Source: Paragordius varius (Eukaryota; Animalia; Nematomorpha). From it: a stretch of DNA of 64,000 bases. This document shows positions 50,401 to 61,479 of the stretch, one piece after another. The stretch spans positions 11,284,001 through 11,348,000 of the forward strand of contig OZ176052.1 of the NCBI GenBank assembly GCA_964247055.1, written 5' to 3'. The notes under the pieces were generated by a model. That model was not told where the DNA came from and ran no database searches. It saw only the letters and a list, made by a program, of their open reading frames with translations. Position 1 is the stretch's first letter, and every line of letters begins with the position of its first letter. Position numbers and translations under genes: made by a program.

Positions 50401-53400
50401 TATTACCTCACATTTGAAATAAAGAGTGCTTGGACATTTACTAGAATTCCTAAAAAAACGGATTACATATAATTTTGCCATGAATTGTAAATTAATTTCA
50501 CCACCGGCCTTACCCACAATCCCCTGATATTTGATAAGTCACGTAACCCATTTCGAAACCCTTACATCCGCCTTGTCGGTTATAAGTTGTACCATTTATG
50601 AGCATAGTAAATGGTAAACCTTCATCCGTTATCGGCGCATCTGTTACAGGAGTAGTTAGAAAAGGTTCTGGTGTTTCATCCTTATCAAAATAGTAGATAT
50701 CAGTTTGGGGTTCGCATTTACCTTGGGCACATGCCTGCATAAGAACCAAAATTTTTATGATATGGATGTATTTCATACGGGTGAAAATGTATCAAAATAA
50801 ATGCCCTATTCTTGTTGAAATACAGTAATAAAAACCATTCTAGCCCTATTAAAGCCAAACACCCTTTTCGCCCTTTTTAATGATTAATACAAAGGAAAGT
50901 GATCTGGATAAATAGCCAATTTTTATTTCAGGAATTTCATGCAACATTGGGTTGTAAAATATTTGAAAGAAATTTGATATATAATAGCTTTATTGAAAAC
51001 AAAGCGATACAGATTATATAGCTCCTCATCCTTATGCAAATATTTCTTTAATTTGAGTAATTAATGGCGTAACCAATATCAAATTCTTTTTAACTAAAAC
51101 AACTCATTTTTATTTCAATATTATTGTGTGCCAAATTAGGGGTCAATTTTTTTATTTGGAGTAGATATGAAACTGTTAACTTAACAATAACAGGAAGGCC
51201 TCGTCCACAAAATGTACGCATTTTTAAAATGGCAAAAATATAAAATTGTAAAGATGGTTAAAAATATAGAATAAATTTTTTATTGAGTTTTATTATAAAT
51301 TACTTTGTGGAAATTAATTTGTACTCTCTATTTTGCAAAATTTGAATTTTCAATTTTTGGCTTCTACCATATGTCTATAATATAAGATTGGCCTTATTCC
51401 CGGAATCGTTCGTATACTGTAATTACTCTTTTAAATCTTCTCTGTTTTACAGAATTATAATTTTGAAAAATTTTCTATATATTTTATGTAAAATATTGTT
51501 TAAAACCTTATATTATTAATTTGATGTAGTTGCAAAATACAACTACGGCATTGGCCGTAATGATGTATGTTTTCAAGTATACTCACAAGTGTAACTATTG
51601 CATTTTATAAAAAAATATTAAGTTTTATATAATTCGTTACAATTATAAAATTGTCCTAAATTTTTAATAAACATTAAAATTCAACCAAGTTTTCCATGTA
51701 ATCCACGAATCAAAAATTTCCGTGCCAAACGGTACTAATTTTAACTTTTTTCAAAAAAAATATTATATACCCCAGTCCCATTTTTATCGAGCTTTCCGGT
51801 GCTTAAATCACAAAAAGTACCATACAATGGAAAACCAAAAAAGATCATATTCGTCTCTTGATTTGAGGTGCAAAACAATTGAGCACAGGTAGATTCTGCG
51901 TGGATCACACCCAATAAATCTGAGCATTGTTCATCAAATATATATTTTCCAGGGAATAAAAGTAGTGGTAATTTATTATCTTCTGGACTTTCATCCAAAC
52001 ATTCGGAAAACCGAAAGCTAAAATCGTTAAAACATATTAATATATATAAAATAAATTGTATCGATGGGTAAATTATATAATAAATTTGCAAGGGTAGCCC
52101 TTGTACTTTTTGGTACATTTTAATACAGACAGTCGATAAGGAGGTCTGACCAAATAACTAAAAGTAGTCACATATCATTCACTTTTTTAGTAATCATTCA
52201 TAACTATGTCAATTTGAAAACCATTAAAAAGGTTTATATAATATACATCTAGAGATGGCATTATGGGGCGGTAAGGACGGAAATGAATATCTTTGAGATT
52301 TTATAATAATATTGAATACAATTTATTAGTCGATTTTGGCTATTATTATACGGCTTTAAATTATATTTATTTGACTTAAGAAGAGGATATACGATCAAAA
52401 ATACATCTTTTAAGATTTATGGCATTGTAATCCCATACTAATTATCTTATTTATATAGTCGAATTATTTTTATATAAATACTATAAAATAGAGCATAAAA
52501 TATAATAGGAAATAAACTTGTTATAGAATTTCCGTAAATCCTTAAGGGTACATTCAGTCCAAGTGCGCATTTGATAAGCAGTTGAATAATTATCGCTTGA
52601 CATTATGCCAGGGACACAGGGCTCTTTATGTTCATTATCATGGCTCACATTCATTCTAGAAAAAATTTATTGACATAAAAGCAGAGCTTTTAATTTATAG
52701 ATATGCACAATCAATTAAAATTTGCTTTATAATTAACTGGATTGTGTTAATATCCGTGGTTTTAGTGCAATGGTAGCTTATTGGGGAGCACGTGAGAACA
52801 CAAATATGATTTTTAAAAATTTAGTCATATATTGCTTCGTTATAAAGATACATTTATTGTTCTTATAAGCTTATCACATTTCTACAATTTGATTACCATA
52901 ACAAGATAGCGTTTAATTGGATCAATTTGGGGCATCTACTTAAGATTATATAGAGTTAATATCTTAAAAAAACAACTGGAGACACGGTTTCAATAATTTA
53001 TGCTGCTATCTTAAAAAAATATATAAACAAGCAAAAATATCTAAAAAAATTGCACATCAAATTACTTCGACGCCACTGATTTTACAACATTTTTGCAAAA
53101 TAATGTTTCTTCTAACGCTAAAATCGAAGCTAATTTTTTAATTTAATGAGTTATAAATAGAAATAGTGGTTTATAATCATTAGTTTTATATTTAGTTGAT
53201 GCACACATGTTGTGTTGACTTAATTTTTACTGAGGTTTAGATATAAAATAAGCATCTTTTTAATGAATTTTTTTATATTTCGGTGCATCACTATTATATA
53301 AGTGCAAACTTTTACAGTAATTTAAATTGTTTCATGTTTTTAGAAATATTTGATATTAAACAGGCTTAGGGTCCCCAAAGACCCAAATTTAAATCGTATG

Positions 53401-56400
53401 ACTGAAATGCATATGAATTAATTACGTGTGTAATATTTCGTGTACAATAGTTTTGGACATTAGAAAGCTCCGATATTCTATAAGGACTCTTCCATGTTTG
53501 CAAACAGAGCCCTTAATAGCCAAACCTATTTTTTATTTAATTAGATCATAAGGGAAAATTATAACAGAGTTTAACAAAGATGTAGCCAAAAAATAAACCT
53601 GTGAAAATTATATATCACTCGATAGCCGAAAGCTTTAATATAATGATATAATGTAAGACTCTTATTAAATTTAATTTCGCATTTTTATCGCACATTCGGT
53701 CAAATAAAAGATTGCATGTTGGCATCAAATTTGAACCAAAAAAACTTGCAATAAAAGGCGTAGTTTTAATAAGCTATCATCATAGCTCAAATATATATAA
53801 TTATCGCTGAATAAGTCATATATGCTAAATATTTTTTGATAATTTCCACTAAAGCTTTATAAATATTTTCTTTATATGCTACGATGCCGAAAAAAACTTC
53901 TATCCACTCAATTTTTCCTTTTAATTTTATTTCCGAAAAGCTGGAAACGATGGCAGAATAAATCCAAAATTTATTAATATTTTCGGGCAAAAAACTTCCT
54001 AAATAAAAAAACTAAGTCGAAAGAAGGTTTTCTTAATCGAATTGGGTATATGTTATAAAAAAAATTTACGCTCCAGCGATGTAAATTATCGAAAACATTT
54101 TTAACGCCATATATTGCTTAAACCTATAAATTAGTAAGAAGATAATTGTTAACGTTTCATGACCTTTTGGAAGTAGTTTTATATCACAGAGCAAATTTAA
54201 TTAATATCTAAAAAAGTATCCAATTTATAAATATGCTTTCTTTAGTTTTAAGGCGCATGCTTATTAATTTTAAATATAAAATTGTTAAAAAATCCTGCAA
54301 ATTGCATTTTTTTATTTTTTTTAAAATCGTATTTGCAATAGGTTATCAATGTATATTATGGTTAGAAAATGTAAATAACTTTGCACTTCATGACCTTTTG
54401 GGGTAGTTTCATATCCAGAGATTAATATATTTGAAAAAAGTATTTAAGGTATTAGGTCTAAATTAAAGTATGCTTTCTTTAGTTTTTAAGGTACATCCTT
54501 ATGTAAAATAAAAAACTCCTCCGAACTTTTGCACCAATATTTTTCTTTATTTTTTAAATTGTTAATGCAATAGGTAATAAATGTATATGGTCAAAAATGT
54601 ATAACTTTAGTAGGTTATATTTTCCCAGCTTACTTTAAAATTATTAATTTGAGAATAAGATGCTTATTTTAATCGTTTTATGAGATGTCTCAATTTTAGC
54701 ATTACAAAACTGTGAAAAATATAATTTATATTTAATAGAGGAGAAATGTTTGATAATTAATTCTTTCAAAACAGTAGTTTATTTCCAAGAATATCCTGGA
54801 AATAAAATTACCCCAATATGTCATCGTTAAAAAAAATGGTCATGAAGTGTTTAATAAAAATTAAAAATTTTAACCACATAATCACAAGTCTTTTGATTCA
54901 AATATGATCACAGAGCGGTATTCACCTATGATTCATTTAAGTAATTATAACAAATGTAGACTCTTAATTATTAAATTTTGTGTTTGGGTTTTATGAAACA
55001 TATTTACAAGTTGTCGCGTTTTCCTCTATATATTTATTTTTATTCAAAATTAATGTGGGATGAAAATGCAAGTTTTTAATTTGGGCTAATAGATTATTTT
55101 TTTTCTAGTATTTTGACTGCATTGGGTATTTGGATATTCATTATCCTGAAGATTTGAGCTATCGAATGATATATGATAGACAAACATTGATTTTTACATC
55201 ATCAATTTTGCCGCACAGTGTTAAATTTATAAAAGAAAATTACATATAATCTGTTCCAAATGGGTTAATATTTTAATCAAATGATAATATGAGAAACTTT
55301 ATTTTTCATTTTTGTTCGACATGAATGCAATTAATTAGCTCTAAGAATATATGTTTAATGTTCAAATAATCAACTTTATTGGTATTTTATATCCTATATT
55401 TGATTTTCAGAATTAATATTAATTGCATTATAATAAATTTAGTTTACGTAATTGTCAAAAATGTATGTTTTATTATAAAATTTGATATTGCCAATGAAAG
55501 GGAAAGTACCATAGGATATGTTTTAAATATTTTTGCGAATTATTATTTTTATTTTTGTGTGTGAATGTTCAAAATATTATAAACAAGATAATTTTTTATG
55601 AAAGCTACTAATGCACTTCGTATGTTATATATAAATATGAATAATTACCTGTAATTTCCTGGTTGGTCATATTTCTAAATAGAAATGTTAATGATAAAAA
55701 AAGACATTACATTTAAATAATATAGCATTAGAAAAATAATTGTTATAATTTAATAATATCTTATATGAGGTTAAATAATAAATACCTGGCAATTAAGATC
55801 ACAACATTATCTTTGGGATGTTTTTCATTTAGAGTTACCATTGCAGAAAAGGTTTTGTTATAATCACCCGGATAAAATATATTTGGTTCAGTCAAATTTT
55901 CGAAACCAACCACTTCAATAATAATTCCTTGTTCAGAAAAAATGTCTCTCACCTAAAATAACATACCGTTTAGGACATTTTAAAAATAAAAACGGACAAA
56001 CAGGGCATACATTATGTTTAAGACTTTATTCCCGTTTAGGGGGGCAGTTTTGTATTTTAAAGGGATTTCAAATCCCAATATGTCAAAAATATCCAGCATC
56101 GAGTATAAAAATGTGCATCATTTAAATAATAAATTAAAAAAAATCCGCATTGTGTTGAACAAGGGTAAAATGTACAAAATAAATCCAGGTTAATATATAA
56201 AACACAGCTGTTATTAATTAAGAATGTATTTAAAATAATTATTGATAATATATTAGCATTTTTGATAACATCTTCTAAAAAATTTAGTTTTTGTATGGAT
56301 ATAAATTTTCAACAGACAGAGATTGATTTGTTGAATATAAAGAAAATTTTCTCAGGTCTCTGATAAATTTATATGTGGCTTTATAATATTATTTTGGGTT

Positions 56401-57943
56401 AAAATTTTCAATAAGACAATGCTGTATGAAATTTAATTTTAGCTGAAAATTAATACAATATACTATTATATATTATTAATATATTCAATGTTTTTCAAAA
56501 AAAATATTTATCCAACAATCTTCTAATAAAATAAAATCAATTATGTGTATTATCTATTTAAAATCATCACTTCTGTGGTCATAAATACAGATATGATAGG
56601 TCTTACAAATTTATGTCTAAAATAAATTTACCACAATGTTAACATATTTGACTCTCACAGGAAACAGAGTATTGTATTGATTATAATTTTAATTTACATA
56701 TACTTTCCAAAATTGAACATATCATTACTTCAGACATGACATAAGTATATATGAGCGGATATTTTGGGACTGATTTATCCAGATAAATGACTATTTTGAT
56801 TACGGGATTCCACCATTCTTCATCCTCAGTTTGTCTTTTTGTCCTACGTTCTACCATTTGCGACGGCCCAGATGATGCTAAGAAATTTTCCGTTTCCCCT
56901 ATATTCAATAAAATTCAACAATAAATATTTGTATAAATGTAAATAATTGCAACATTTATGAATTCTAAGAAGACTTTGCATATATCCCATATCTCCATCC
57001 TTCAAAATTCCCAAAGGCTCAATGAGATGTGAGAGGCCATCTTCATGAGTTAAAAGCGAACCTTCTTTCTCGAGATTTAGGGGTTTTATACTATATTCCT
57101 GGTCCTCGCGTAGGAAAATCCCATTCTAAATATTAACAACAAAGGTCAAAATATGTTGTTAAAAAATGAATTTTAACACCTTTTCTCAAAGAGCAAGGAT
57201 GTAATGTGATATACAAATCCTGGCAAGTCACGATTAAATTATATACATAAAAAATTAATACTTTACTCGAATATTTTTAGATTTTTTGAAAATGAATGAT
57301 AATGGATTTATATAATAGAAAATAGCTTACGAATTTCCCACCAACAAAATGACCGATAACTGGAAAATAGTTATTTTGTCCGTTAGCAGTATCTAAAAAT
57401 TGAAATTAAAAAAACACTTAAAAAATTATAAACAAAGGTAACTAAAAAGACAGCCACTCTTTTAAACTCTATTTTTTTAAAAAAAGATCGCGATTTTGAG
57501 TATGTAAAAAGTGTTACCAAATAAAAAAATTAAGTTTTAATGTATGGCTGTATTATTAAAATGTTTGTCTAATTTTTATTACGTCCTGTGTATTAAATAT
57601 TTTATATCATAATTTGTAATGTTTAAAATAATAAAGAGCTATTTATTTACCCTTAAAAGTCATCGATCCTTTATACACATTGATTTTTGAATCAAAATCA
57701 TTGTCTCTAAAATGATTCCTCATGTTATCATTGATATTGAATGGTGATGCCTTTAGAGTCATTTTCATGGGGAACGCCATTAGTGAATCATATGCGCCAA
57801 CAGGGGTCAAATCAAACACATAATGATCTTTAACTAAATCCTTTAGATTTTCTACGTTTCTTGAAATTTTTGTAACAAACGCTTTTTCTGAAGTATAACC
57901 TTAAATATTATGGTAATCATAATATATAAAGATATATATATAA

Positions 57944-57979
<36 letters not shown>

Positions 57980-60539
57980 TGATATAGATATATATTACCA
58001 GATTTAATTATAACTTATAAACTGGGAGAAGACGTCAGCAAAAGTAAGCAAACAATTAATTTATAACAGACCCCATTTGTTGAAAATGAACGACAAACAC
58101 ACACACAAGTTGAGTTTTCCAAAACTAGCGTATTAATTTTATGATTCAATAATCATGTCGAATTTTTGTACAGAATAAAACGTTTGTGGCACAAAATGCC
58201 ATTAAAAGAAAAAGGCTTTTGAAAGATATCGTTTGTTGGCGGAAACATATGGTGAACATACTGTATCGATTAAACATATTTTCGATATCAAAAGATGTGA
58301 TTTCAAGTGAAAGCATGTAGGCACTATTATACACAAAACTGCGAGAGTTGAAACTGGCCCAACTTAAACTTAACAACATTTGGCAAAGACATGCGTGTCA
58401 TAATATGCCTACGACGAAAGAAAAATGCCAATCAACATATGTCCCAAACAATTAGTTTAGCCAAATCGAAAATCGCAAGTGGGTTAAGACCGGCTTCAAC
58501 ATAGAAAAAAATCATATTTGCATCGAATTGAAACGGGTGTTGAGAGGGCTTTATTTTGTAAATTCAATCGGAATATCGTGGCTTTCACCTGGCTCAAACC
58601 CGGTAAATCTACACCAATGCCAAATCGCTTAAGCAAGAAGACCGTGCACACGTCTAATGGGATTAAAGAAATATTTTTTTCGAATTTGTAAACCTAATGA
58701 AACCATCTATTTCCAACAAATAATTAATTAAACATACATTAATTGAAAAACGACCAGAATGGGCCAGAATACTAGGTAAAGTATTTTCTACAGCAAAACC
58801 ACTGAAACAGACCTAAAAATTGTTCGATAAAAAATTATTGCGCCTGCTTTGAACTCTCTAAACCTGACTTCATTTGGCAAATACAACTTCGCATCAATGG
58901 GGATACCCTCGCAAAGCAGCACTTTGATGATCGAAGACATTGGAAAACGCTTGACGGATGGTTTCGAGTAAAAGACAAAGTTTTTGGCACCATTCATATA
59001 TTACCTTAGAAATGGACAAGTGTGAAGCCGTGCACAACTTTTGAATAAAATAAATTATATTTTTGTTTCAAAATTATTATTTCTTTCAAAAATATATACT
59101 ATGGGCACAAATCGGTGGGTAAGAAAATATATCGATGAAATATATATATCCAAATATGTTATCAGGATTTTCATGGTGCTTTTGGTTTTAGAGCTTAAAG
59201 TTAGGTGCACTTTTCGGTTACTGCCTTATATTATAAAATCCTCAAATCAGCCCACATTATGTTTAATAAATTTTTTAGTCAAAGTTAAATGCTTCCCATT
59301 CAAAAAATATCACTAACATATAATATCTACATATGAAAAGCAAAACATTTTTAATAAATTTTAGATATTAGATGGACTCCGAAAGTTCCAAATTTTTTGC
59401 CCGCCTAAAAGGGGGTAGTTCACTTAAAATAAACATAAAAATGCCGAGATGCGCGATAAAAACATTAATTTTGACAAAAAAATTTATGGATATTTTATTT
59501 AATATTTTATTTTTTTGCAAGAAGTTCATATTATTTTAAAACAATATAGAAACGGTATAAAAACGCTTGTGTTTAAAAATTTTTAAAAAAATTTTGGTGA
59601 AGGTTGTCACTTCATGCTATTTTGAAGCATGATGAAACAGGCATAAAACAGCTTGAGACAGTGGTACTTAAACCTAGGCCCACCTCAAAAATATTTTTTT
59701 TGATGCCTTATTCTGGTATATGTTATAAATTTTTATGGCAAGGTTTTAGCATTTTTACGTTGATAGAAAGAAGCTGCCCATTTTGGATAGGTCCTAAATT
59801 TTAAAACTTTTGGCGCCCACATCAAATATTGCTTCGCTTTTTATATGTACTTAATGCTATATTTTAGGTAATTTTATAAAAATTTTACTTCACTAAAAAC
59901 TTTGGTTTACAGAATGTGAACAAATTTTGCTATTTTCTAAAATTTAGCAGTTACAACAAAAGTTTTAATAACATATATCACGCGATCAACCAAAAGCAAT
60001 ATGAGAATCCTGATATATTTATCTCAAAATATAGTATGGTATACCATTTACAGTTCAATTTCACCCTTAAACAATTATTCACCCTTGAACAATACAAATT
60101 CACCCTTGAACAATTCAAATTCACCCTCGAACAATTTAAATTTACCCTGATATATATAGGTTTTTTAATATTAAAAATTACCAATATTTTTATATATTTT
60201 TAAAAAATAAAAATTTTGTTTTAAATTAAAATAATACAGAAAAAATAATAAACTATAACATAAACATATATTTCATATTAATAATGAGTTATATTAGTTC
60301 GAAAATACATAATTTATTTTTAGGGTGAATTTGAATTGTTTAAAGGTGAATTTGATTCAAGGGTGAATTTGAATTGTTCGAGGGTGAATTTGAATTGTTC
60401 AAGGGTGAATTTGAACTGTAAATGGTATATTTCGAAAAAAAATTTTTATCGCATAATTATTATTAAATAAAATTTTATCGGATATAATACCTGCCATTAG
60501 AAAGGTCGAAACAAGAATATAAAGCGTGTATTTTAACAT
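46800..60539 (-). CDS. ADAMTS-like reprolysin (M12B) zinc metalloprotease; 3' exons only partly resolved
   Basis: Signal exon 60539-60491 MLKYTLYILVSTFLMAG; prodomain exons 57899-57652, ~57392-57330, ~57125-56975; furin site RTKR; catalytic exons ~56898-56728, ~55953-55786, 55674-55649, 53525-53426 (HEILHT), ~52656-52520 (MNVSHD..C..GIMS..WTECT); Cys-rich exon CLDESP..FPGKYIFDEQC..CAQLFC..YGTFC; ACAQGKCE exon ending 50514. Further coding-like exons ~47780-47655 and ~47308-47138. The true 3' end is uncertain. Confidence 0.82.
47325..47446. repeat. Paired (TA)n microsatellites
   Basis: Two long TA runs seen directly; similar runs near 15645, 16780, 30000, 35445, 36663 and 57945. Confidence 0.9.
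53040..53420. mobile_element. Partial copy of the piggyBac-like family
   Basis: Similar to 32700-33060 (CACACATG..TGTTGACT.AATTTTTAC..GAGGTTT; GACTGAAATG). Confidence 0.65.
54150..54610. repeat. Two degenerate ~235-bp tandem units
   Basis: TTCATGACCTTTTGG, TATGCTTTCTTTAGTTTTTAAGG and TGCAATAGGT each recur about 235 bp apart. Confidence 0.75.
58155..59050 (+). mobile_element. Decayed mariner (Mos1-like) transposase in intron 1 of the metalloprotease
   Basis: Frameshifted translation MSNF..., KKKAFERYRLLAETYGE, IETGVER, STPMPNRLSKKTV, WD*R.IFFE, RPEWAR, FASMG.TLAKQHFD..TLDGWF, IHILP*KW is collinear with Mos1 transposase along its length. Confidence 0.88.
60044..60425. mobile_element. Family A foldback MITE, best-preserved copy
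   Basis: TA|CCATTTACAGTTCAA...TTGAACTGTAAATGG|TA with ~4 and ~5 21-bp units in the two arms. Confidence 0.88.
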
Positions 60540-61479
60540 TGTATGGCAAAAAAATTTAATTAAAAAATAAAAGTTAAAAGTGAATATTTTAAACTAAAAT
60601 CGCCAATTTATTTATCTTGCTAAATTGACACACCATCTGAACAATTAATGACTGCAAATTATTTAATATTTAAAAATAATACTCTTTTTTAATAAATCTT
60701 TATCATCATGATATAAGCAATATAAATCTGGGCGTTCTAATTTTATAGAGATAATTCGCAAAAATATATGAAAATCCATCCATAACAAGAAATTTAAAAA
60801 GCTGTTTAAACAACAAAAGTACTTTTTTTCATAAATCATAAGAAAAAAATTGGTGGAATATGGTTAGAAAATAGGATGCATTTGTATTCTACTTTCAATT
60901 ATTAATTGTCAACTAAATGTGTTACAGTGAAATGACAAAATTTATATTATTAAAATATTATAATGAAAATCAAAATGATTATTATGATTTTTCTATTTTT
61001 AGTAATGAAAAATTTATTATTTTATGGGTCATTAATAGCACAAATAATTGATTTGTTAGTAATGCATTAAGCATGTTTTAATCCACAATAATTATAGATA
61101 TTTTTAAACTTAATTCCTTTTTTTTAAAATATTATGATATAAAAAATTCTTTACTTTCTAGCCAGGGAATTAATAAAAACGCACAGTAGTTTAAAAATTC
61201 TATATATTTAAACTATTGATGTTTAACTAACTTCTATAATAAATAATAATAAATTCCTTTTTATAGAACGGAACGTATCATAGCGTTCTTTATCAAATTA
61301 TTGGGAAAGTCGTTCATAAATTAAGTTGTTTTTATAAAACTTCGTATATCTCTTCAAAAAGTTAGTTTATATACGGAAAATATATAATATTAATTTTTTT
61401 TTAATTTTGATAAATTGATTCTCTACTCAAATGAATAATTGAGACAAACATATAGATTCTAAATTAATTTATTCGCATT

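Noticed and set aside
57998-58083. Hydrophobic minus-strand frame (LIVCLLLLTSS) as first exon of the protease
   Set aside because: No in-frame ATG and an in-frame TAA; a better signal exon with the right phase exists at 60539-60491.
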